This document shows positions 54,532 to 64,000 of a stretch of 64,000 nt of DNA, piece by piece. The notes under the pieces were generated by a model. That model was not told the DNA's origin. It did no database searches and saw only the letters and a list, made by a program, of their open reading frames with translations. How positions within the stretch are numbered: position 1 is the stretch's first letter; each line of letters starts with the position of its first letter. The DNA comes from Octopus sinensis (taxonomy: Eukaryota), in the NCBI RefSeq assembly GCF_006345805.1, contig NC_043011.1, positions 28,718,464 to 28,782,463 on the forward strand, read 5' to 3'. The translations under genes and the position numbers were made by a program.

Positions 54532-54765
54532 TCTTTTTACTATAGACAAAGGCCTGACATTTTGGGAGAAAGGTTACTCTATTACATCATTCCCATTGCT
54601 CACTGGTACTTCTTTTGCAAATACGCGATATCAGTGGCCCCTGATAGCTACTGTACACTTGATGATGTCCAGTGCAGTACTGGGTAGCTATAATCATTTG
54701 TATTGTTTCTGTAAGAATTTGAAACTAGAAAAGATAATCTTAATCTCAAAACAGTGTATTTTAAA

Positions 54766-55097
54766 CCAATTGCAGCGTGGAAGGTGTTTATAAGCCATTT
54801 AAAAACACGCAAAAACCGTTAGATTCACTTCAATATTTAAATCTAATTTGACAAAATATTTTCGTCGTTTTGAAACTGCGACAAAATTCCGTGCTGCGTC
54901 ACTGAAATTTGTCAATGAACAGGTCGCGGTTTCAAAGCAGCGAAAATATTTTGACAAATTAAATTTAAATGTTGAGGTGAATCTAACGGTTTTTGTGTGT
55001 TTTTAAATGGCTTAGAAACACCTTCCTCGCTGCAATTATTTTTGTTTCAGCACACGATCTCAGATCGAGTTACTTGCTATGCAAGTACATCTCCGTA
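54766..55097. repeat. Foldback copy of the 1655-1853 repeat
   Basis: 54766-54880 is the reverse complement of 54922-55037. Confidence 0.7.
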
Positions 55098-55731
55098 AAG
55101 ATGTATTTTAAATATTTTATTTTATTTTACATAGTGATTTGAAAACAAAAATCACTTTTAGTTAATGGTTCACAGATAACTGGGACACTGTATTTTGACT
55201 GCGAGATTGACAATGAAGCCTATATACAGCTTGGGCAGAAATAATACTGCACCGGTAAACCGATGTTTTCAAAAAAACGCCGATGTATGCACACATACAC
55301 TCTCAGAGACATACGCACACATACGCACACATGCACATATATGTATATTTATTCATTCATCGAGCTATTCATAAGTATATATATATGTGTATGTGTGTGT
55401 GAGAGGGAGAGAGAGAGATAGAGAGAGAGAGAGGGAGGGGGAGAGAGAGCATACCCGCTTGTCTTAATGGGTAGCAATTTGTATACATTCCATTAGCATC
55501 AGTTTCAACATTGGGCCATCCTGGAAAGTATTTTTCACATTTGAATGGCTAACATTTATGCTATTTAGCACAGGTAATTAACTTAACTTATTATTAAATT
55601 ATAAACAATTAATTGAATCTATCCATTCCTTTCCCCCAAAAGTGTTACATTCTTTTCTAGTTAGGGAGTATTTTCGATCGCAACTGCATTCTACTTGCAT
55701 CTATGATGTAATATCATCTACTTTATTAATG

Positions 55732-55801
<70 letters not shown>

Positions 55802-56028
55802 CAAAGGAATTCCAACTCTGTTTTTTATGTTTTATTTATATTCTTTATAATATTAGTGTAGAATAAAGAATATATAGTATAAATATTATATATAGTAAAA
55901 TGAATGAAGCATTGATTGTCTTATTGAACAGATGAAATATTGAATATCAAATATTAAGGGACTTGTATACTTTCTTGCATCAAAGCAGTCTTCAAGGTCC
56001 CAGGTTGTGACAGGAGTATTTCAACTGT

Positions 56029-56068
<40 letters not shown>

Positions 56069-56089
56069 TTTATATATATATATATATAT

Positions 56090-56265
56090 AAGATTTTTTC
56101 CTCTGTCTTCCCTTCTTTGGATCTTTCCTTCTCCTGTTTCCGACGAAGAGCTCCACTCGAAACGTTAAACCCTCCTTCTTTCCTTCCTTCTTGAGCGTCC
56201 AATAATACTATATTTGTTCCACGTCCTCACGTTGTTGTGTTTTCTCTTTGTGTTTTCATGTTTGG

Positions 56266-56268
<3 letters not shown>
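56090..56268 (+). mobile_element. Family H4 element flanked by (TA)n, with a minimal hammerhead-like motif at 56136-56170
   Basis: GUUU-CCGACGA-A-GAG cucca CUC-GAAAC-GUU-AAAC. Inverted homologue of 27500-27720. Confidence 0.65.
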
Positions 56269-56363
<95 letters not shown>

Positions 56364-56744
56364 GTGTGTATCCAAATTTAGGGAATGGCGTAGATAAAAT
56401 CCAGGCTACATATGTTTCATAGCTAGCAGCACCTCAGAAGTAGTAATTATCTAAACAGGAGGTAGTCCAGTAGCTAGTCGTCAGGCGAAAGATACCTCGG
56501 TCAAACTTACTAACTTCCTTCACCTTGATCCTTATCTTTACACGCGCATAGGCATGCGAAAACACACACATACACATACACACGTATATAAACATATAAA
56601 AATACATACATATCTACAATTATACATATTTTTGTATGTATACGCACACACGTATATAGATAAAAGTGTGTGCATGTATATGTATGTGTGCGTGTGTGCA
56701 CGCGTGGGAGAGAGTTATTTTAAGGTAATTATTCTAAAGCAAGT

Positions 56745-56910
56745 TAAAGCGGTAAGCTTAGCAGCGTTTCATCCGTCTTTTTGTTCTGTGTTCAAATTCC
56801 GCCGGGGTCGGCTTTGCCTTTCATCAACTCGGGGTCGGACACTGGGGTCGATGTAATCGACTTAACCCTCCTTCGAAATTGCTAGCTTTGTGCCAAAACG
56901 TGAAACCGTT
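56745..56910 (+). mobile_element. SINE family B, degenerate
   Basis: gttcaaattccgccggggtcggctttgcctttcatc...ggggtcgatgtaatcgactt. Confidence 0.7.
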
Positions 56911-57493
56911 ATTTTAAAGCTAGTTTATGAAGAATAACAATGGAAAAATTTACTGAGCGGTAGCTTCAATACTAACAGGGGAATCAAATCAAAAATTTGT
57001 TTTAACTGGGTAGATATTCTCAGTGGGAGGTCTCCTCAGACCTCAGATCTAACCCAAATGCTTGTATCAGAATCGATTCCGCTAAATGCATATAATGGTC
57101 AAATGATGTTTAACTGAGCTACAGATTAAGTCTACAACGTAACAGGGGCAGTCCTTATCAAGGGTTTCATACAGTTTCTGTCTTCTATAGAATTTAGATC
57201 ATAATACTTTAATAGATCCCAGGATATCGTAGATGACACCTGGGTATAAACACTTACATACATACATACGTACATACATACATACGTACATACATGCATA
57301 CACAAACTCACTCACTCACACATACATATAGTCACACTCACTCAAACATACGTACACAAATACACACATGTAAAATAGAAGTAAAAATAGAGGAAATAGA
57401 AGTAAAAATGCACCGACAGTATATAAGAAGACTTATATTAATACATTTAACCGGTTTCACATTTGTTTGATTTTCAAGCTGTGTTGCAAGCTG

Positions 57494-57586
<93 letters not shown>

Positions 57587-58870
57587 GCGCACATACACAT
57601 AATATTCATATATTAGAAAAGTTTAGAGACATAAAAAAGACATTAATCGCTACAAATGTAATGTAGGTTGAAGTGTAGATATTGATGTAGTCCCTGTTTC
57701 TCTTAGAATATCAGAGATTCATATCTGGTTTCTGTGAGACAACCGACGGACGACGTTATTTTTTACCAAAGGTGATACACTTCATTACTGTAAGCAACGG
57801 AAGCAACGGATTTAATGAGAAACTGATAATGCAATTCTCTCGGTAGGTAAAAATCATCACCTGATTGTCAGGTTATATATTAATGCCCTGTCTAAGAAAA
57901 TATTTCCTTCAGATATTACTAACACGAAGGGGATCGATCATAAAGCACAGCTACGAATTTCCATATTTGCGTAGCTTACATGCTAATACTGCAGATAATT
58001 AAACGTTCTTTTCAATTAGCCTGTTAGCAGATATCTTATTCTTGTATAGTAAATATGGTTGGTTTTGCTGTCGTGTGAGATTGTAATTTTATTGTTTGTT
58101 TTGGTAATTAAATTTGCCATTTTTATGTTGATTTTAGCCTTAATTCCTACTGAAAACAGTATTCGCCAAGGGAGAAAACAATTGTTACTTTAAATGCTTA
58201 ATCTGATGCTGTTCGTATAGTTATTCTGTTTTCCCCTTCTTTATATCATTATATCATAATCGCCATCAACAGGATTGTTATTTTATTTGTATTTAGATAG
58301 CTGATGAGAAGAATGGACAACGTCAGTGACATTTACTGGTGCTGTTAGGCTTTTCAGATCAATGCAGTTGATATTTAAATTCGACATCAGTCAACCGACA
58401 TCTGCACAAAAAGAATGAAATGGAGGGTGAAGAAGGAATTCCAGCGGGAATAGTTATCGGAAAGAATGATTGAAAAACAAAAAAAAACAAAACAAAACAA
58501 AAAACCAAAAAAAAAAAAAAGAAAAGAAAAGAAAAAAAACCCAACTGTACAATGTTTAACCTTGTTCTAAGACACAACAGAGATTATGAAACGAGGAGAA
58601 AAGTGTAAATCGGGTGGGCTTGAGCGGAGGGAGTAAACCATTAATTATTTGAACGGAGCAAAAGCAGTTGTAATAAGAGACGAAGAGGCATGGATGAATT
58701 CCACTTTTACCGATGTCCTCATGGACTAGAGACTATTGGCACAATACGGTAGAAAGCAAATTTACAGTAGATTTGTTTTTTTACGTAAATTAGAACCAAT
58801 AATCGCAAGAGATGGAGAAATACAGTTGAAAATGAGAGAATTTCGTCAGTAGTTGGCAATCTTTTAAAAT

Positions 58871-59642
58871 ATTCTTTTCTACTCTAGGCACAAGGCCCGA
58901 AATTTTGAGGCAGGGGTTGCCAGTCGATTAGATTGACCCCAGCACACAACTGGTACTTAATTTATCGATCCCGAGAGGATTAAAGGCAAAGTCGACTTCG
59001 ACGGAATTTGAACTCAGAACGTAGCGGCAGGTGAAATACATATTTCTTTACTACCCACAAGGGGCTAAACACAGGGAGGAAAAACATGGACAGACAAACG
59101 GATTAAATCGATTATATCGACCCCAGTGAGTAACTGGTACTTATTTAATCGACCCCGAGAGGATGAAAGGCAAAGTTGACTTCGGCGAAATTTGAACTCA
59201 GAACGTAGCGGCAGACGAAATGCCTATTTCTTTACTACCCACAAGGGGCTAAACACAGAGAGGACAAACAAGGACAGACAAACAGATTAAGTCGATTATA
59301 TCGACCCCAGTGCGTAACTGGTACTTAATTATCGACCCCGAAAGGATGAAAGGCAAAGTCGACCTCGGCGGAATTTGAACACAGAACGTAACGGCGGATG
59401 AAATACCTACTTCTTTATTGCCCACAAAGGGCTAAACATAAAGGCGACAAACAAGGACAGACAAACGGATCAAGTCGATTACATCGATCCCAGTGCATAA
59501 CTGGTACTTATTTAATCGACCCCGAAAGGATGAAAGGCAAAGTCGACCTCGGCGGAATTTGAACTCAGAACGTAGCGGCAGACGAAATACGGCTACGCAT
59601 TTCGCCCGGTGTGCTAACGTTTCTGCCAGCTCGCCGCCTTTA
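58871..59642 (-). mobile_element. Tandem array of four ~180-nt family B SINE units
   Basis: tcgaccccagtg.gtaactggtactt...aaaggcaaagtcgac.tcggcggaatttgaac repeats near 58940, 59120, 59300 and 59480. Only the 59642 end has the complete head. Confidence 0.85.
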
Positions 59643-59664
59643 ATAATCTTTTAGCATATCATTA

Positions 59665-59870
59665 AAGGCGGCGAACTAGCAGAATCGTTACCACACCGAG
59701 CGAAATGCTTAGCGGCATTTCGCTCGTCTTTACGTACTGAGTTCAAATTCCGCCGAAGTCGACTTTGCCTATCATATTTTCGCGGTCGATAAAGTAAGTA
59801 ACAGTTGGACACTGGCGTCAATGTAATTGATTAGAACCACACTCGAAATTTCTGACTTTGAAACCGATAT
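59665..59870 (+). mobile_element. SINE family B, head-to-head with the array
   Basis: aaggcggcgaactagcagaatcgttac...gagttcaaattccgccg. Confidence 0.8.
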
Positions 59871-60082
59871 TTTTAGAATGTTATATAATTACATTTTAGA
59901 ATACATTGAAATAAATCCCTGTAGGAAAGAAAACATTGAATAATTTAAAGGAGTAAAAACCTCGCTATGGAATGCACTAATTGAGAGTAAAAAAAAAAAA
60001 AACACTTTAGAGCTCAGACATCTAGTTGGCAGGAAGATAGATTCTTGCACTGAGAAAAAGAATAATAATTTTGCTGCCTAAA

Positions 60083-60488
60083 GGCTATGCTGGAGCACCG
60101 CCTTTAGCTGAATAGGCCGACCCCAGGACTTATTCTTTGTAAGCCTAATATTTATTCTATCGGGCTCTTTAGCCGAACCGCTAAGTTACGGGGACGTAAA
60201 CACATCAGCATCGGCTCTTAAGAGATGGTTGTGGAGGGACAAACACAAGACACACAAGTACATACATTTATGTATGTACATACACACACACACACACACA
60301 CACACATACACACATATATATATGCGACAGGCTTCTTTCAGTCTCCGTCTACCAAATCCACTCACAAGGCTTTAGTCGGCCCGAGGCTGTAGTAGAAGAC
60401 ATTTGCCCAAGGTGTCACACAGTAGGACTGAACCCGGAACTATATGGTTGGGAAGCAAGCTTCTTACCACACAGCCACCCCTGCGCCT
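60083..60488 (-). mobile_element. tRNA-derived SINE family A
   Basis: Matches 10939-11347. Confidence 0.85.
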
Positions 60489-61209
60489 TTAGAGGAAGTT
60501 GTTGCTATTGTTGCTATTTATCCTCATCTCAGCTCTGACTGAACAGACCTATGATTAAATACATTGCAGCTGTAACCGTCACATCGATCCGTTGGCTCAG
60601 CAAATTTAGGGCAGTGTCTGTTATGTACTTCTTTTCTAGAAATAGGAACTAAATTACTCTCAAATCTCACCATGGTGAGATTTGAGAGAGATTTGGCTGC
60701 TATTTTCAGCAGGCTAAACAAAACTGTAGAAGCTTCCTTCGAAGAACTTGCTGGTTGACTCGATTAACTCAGATCGAGTCAACCTATATTCAAAGACGTT
60801 CCACTCATGACGAACCCTTTCCGTAGATGTAAGACTAGGTATGTCCTCCCAATTGTTTTTTGTATAAAATATGGCAGGTGAAGATTTGAAGGGTCATAGC
60901 AACAATTCCAAGAAACTTACGCGACTGCATAAAAGTTCCCTTGATGTGTGTTTATGGATATCAGTCGGTATCGACGATGCGCATTCAGTTATTTCATCAA
61001 GTAAGATCCTTGATCATTGAGTTAATGTGTAACGTAATTCTCAGGGCGAGTCATCAGTGTGGCATAATAAGTCTGACAAGGTCATATCTTTGAATTGCTG
61101 GTGTAATCCAACGTAGAGATTCTACACAGTTTCCTTTTGCTCAGGTTTGGTCACAAATCGTGGGTCAACCCGAGGATAGATATCAGACTATTGCTCATGT
61201 TGCCACAGT

Positions 61210-61435
61210 CGAGGCGCGTGGCTTGGTGGTTTAGGTGTTGGAGTCCTAATTGTAGTATTGCGGCTGTGATTCTTGGACCGGGGGGATGCGTTATGTTCTT
61301 GAGCGAAACGTTTCGCTTTACGTTGCTCCAGAGTGTAGTTTCGATTCTTGGACCCGGCGATGCGTTGTGTTCTTGAGAAAAACATTCCACATCACGTTGC
61401 GTTTGTCCGCTCAGCTGGCAAAAATAACTATTCCT
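61210..61435 (+). mobile_element. SINE family C with an internal duplication
   Basis: Head gaggcgcgtggcttggtggtttag. The segment gattcttggacc...gatgcgtt.tgttcttgag.. occurs twice. Confidence 0.7.
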
Positions 61436-63132
61436 GAGTATGTATGTATGTATGTATGTATGTATGTATGTATGTATGTATGTATGTATGTATGTATGTA
61501 TGTATGTATGTATGTATGTATGTATGTGTATCCCGTCCAGTGAGGAGCACATACACCAGAGATTTCGGGAAATCGGCCTTATGAGTTCATATGACATAGG
61601 AAGTTTTTTCCCATTTTTAAAAATCCATGTTGACATGCAATAAGATCAAACTCTAGAATGTTAAGCGAGCTTCTTTAACCATTCGCTCATACTGTGCTGC
61701 AGTGTGACAGAAAGTCTGTCGCGTGTGTATAGGTTTAATTGCCCGGAAATTAACCCAGTTAATGCGACGTTTATGCGACTGACGGCAAAAGACCCAGGCA
61801 CCTCCACTGAACAGAAGCTGGTCACTCGCAAGATTAACCACCGGTTGTTTGTTACTGACACATACATTTAGTTGAGTGAACTAAAGCAACGAGTAACGAG
61901 GTGCCGTGTTCAGTGGTGGAGCTAGAGTGTGCCGCTCAGCAAAGCTCTTGAGTTTGCGACCCCCACCAGCAAACCCCCCAAAGTGCTGCTCTAATAAAAG
62001 AGTCGCCTGGTGTAGACTGTTTCCGTGCCTCCTCTCCTCAGCTATGCTCTTGCCTTGTTTAAAGATACAACACGCCATTCGGCAAGAGAATCAAACCAGC
62101 GACCTTAACGATCGTGATCCTAACAACCAAACCACAATGTCACGCATTTTCAGACACCACAACGAAACAAATATAGCATATATCACTTACTAAGAGCATT
62201 GAAATGCTTGGTATTCTATTCCCGGACAGAATTCTTAAATACTGTTATTATTATTGGCTATAAAGACCTCCTTTAGAGCAAAGTTAATTTAATTAAATTA
62301 GTACATATTTATTTATTTATTTAAGCATTCAATATTTGCAGTGAGGTTTCATTTTCGCTTCCACACTGCTCTCTTTATCTTCCTTTGTATCTCTGTCCCT
62401 CTTTCAAACACTTACTCTCTCAGTCTTTTTTTTTCTTATATTTATTCTCACATTTATGAGTTTATATTATGTCTTAACTGAGACATATCATAAACTATTT
62501 ATGTGTATGAAAGAGCGAATGTGCATTATAAAGCGAGCCACGCAATAAGTAATGGATTTCCATCGGTTTTAATGATGAGTATTTAGATGCTTGATCACGT
62601 TTTTCAAGTTTATTTCATAATGCTGTTTATGATTTGTTTACATTTTATACATCTGTGTGTGTGAGGGAAAGACCATGTATTTCTGCGTACATGTATAAAT
62701 ATATATATATATATATACACAAATGAGCTGAAATGCCTACGTATTTGTGTGTTTCTTGTGTGCTTGCTTTCCAAGTGTCTGATTTACACAGATATGCAGG
62801 TACGCACACATGCATATATGTAATAATTCCACACACAAGCTTCTATACGTTCTTTCATACACATAAGTATATGTAAGTCGAGTGTGTATGTATGTATGTA
62901 TGTATGTATGTATGTATGTATGTATGTATGTATGTATGTATGTATGTATGTCGATATTCAGTTTATTTCAAGATTTCTTGCCAATAGAGAAAGAACCAGT
63001 TTCTAACTTAGATCTAAGGTTCCCTCATTGGAATTTCAACATCAGCAGCAGGCTATTTTTGTATGTATGTATGTATGTATGTATGTATGTATGTATGTAT
63101 GTATGTATGTATGTATGTATGTATGTATGTAT

Positions 63133-63631
63133 GGTCGTCGGGTCGTCGGCGACTAAACCGGCAACCCCACCAAGCTTGCTTGGTGAGGAGGGTGTTTATT
63201 GGACACCCTGCGGGATGAAAAACAAAACCCGTCAAAAGGCGGAGAAACTCTTGAGAATCAACGGCCATCTAGTAAATGTCTTAAGGCTGTATCATGCGCG
63301 GGGACATAGAAATAATCGGACTGAATACCCGATCGCGCAGTTAAACCATTGGGAGTGAAGGACTCCTAGCCTTTGTTAGGGCATCCTTCTAGTAGAAGGT
63401 AACTCAGGTAACTGGGATAACTCCGACATAAAACCTGCGGCTCAGTGGTTACCGATGATGTTGGCTTGTTCTTCTTTTCGGATTATGGTTGCTGTTGCTT
63501 AGTGAGTGAGATTGACTCAGTGCACAGCCTTTCCTCACTTTACAAAAATCTTCTTGCACAGGCATTGCACGATAAGAACATTGATTAAGCTTCGTGCAAT
63601 GGCCATACTCGATAACGAGGGGGCGGCCACC
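63133..63631 (+). mobile_element. ~500-bp structured element within (TATG)n, possibly a non-autonomous RTE derivative
   Basis: GC-richer island with several hairpins. gggcatccttctagtagaaggtaactc recalls RTE 5'UTR motifs (from memory). Flanked by (TATG)n on both sides. Confidence 0.4.
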
Positions 63632-63769
63632 ATGTATGTATGTATGTATTTATGTATGTATGTATGTACGTATGTATGTATGTATGTATGTATGTATGTA
63701 TGTATGTATGTATGTATGTATGTATGTATGTATGTATGTATGTATGTATATATGTATGTATGTGCAGAT

Positions 63770-63957
63770 TTGTATGTTTTATGTATGTATTCTCATGCAT
63801 ATAGTTGCATATCTAGACATGCTCATATATATTTAAAAGATAAACTTCTTGAAAGTTTTATAGATTTTTACAGTTCCAGTGATGGATTGGATCTGTAGTT
63901 TTCGAATTAGATTTCCCCTTTCTGGTTTCGGGAAGCCTAATTTCTCAAGATTGGTAT
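63770..63957 (+). repeat. Dispersed ~190-bp repeat (paralogue of 15290-15487)
   Basis: Shared sequence as listed for 15290-15487. Confidence 0.75.
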
Positions 63958-64000
63958 TTAGGTAGGATGTTACACATCCCAAGACCCCAATAATGTATGT

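Noticed and set aside
58871-59642. Regular ~180-bp repeats resembling a CRISPR array or tRNA cluster
   Set aside because: The units are whole SINE-B bodies with no unique spacers or cloverleaf, in a eukaryotic context.
63590-63631. Possible HDV-like ribozyme on the minus strand (P1 GGUGGCC/GGCCAUU)
   Set aside because: P2, P3 and P1.1 could not be assigned.

Overview
This is repeat-dominated, AT-rich eukaryotic genomic DNA. The SINE families and very long (TA)n/(TATG)n/(TCTA)n tracts resemble an octopus (coleoid cephalopod) genome; the species is my inference. I can support no intact host gene, and most listed ORFs are translations of microsatellites. Recognisable content: (1) Penelope-like retroelements (RT plus GIY-YIG at 7.9-9.3 kb, fragments at 26.9, 39.3 and 49.8 kb); (2) restriction-like-endonuclease (RLE) LINEs, namely three R4/Dong-like pieces and an R2-like 3' fragment at 46.5-47.5 kb; (3) a CR1/L2-group LINE and RTE-like pieces; (4) Tc1, maT and mariner transposons, one nearly full length with TIRs and TA TSD, plus MITEs and foldbacks; (5) many tRNA-derived SINEs, some in tandem arrays. 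The most interesting signals are at RNA level. Two short repeat families with periods of 357 and 343 nt carry type I hammerhead ribozyme folds with variant cores and compensatory stem changes. They often form foldbacks next to (TA)n and look retrozyme-like. Several minimal Penelope-type hammerhead motifs also occur. The R2 fragment lies outside rDNA, ends in 24 nt of its 28S target, and carries in its 3'UTR an antisense copy of the downstream 28S target whose four substitutions are all G-U wobbles. All alignments and folds were done by eye, and family names come from recalled motifs, not database searches.
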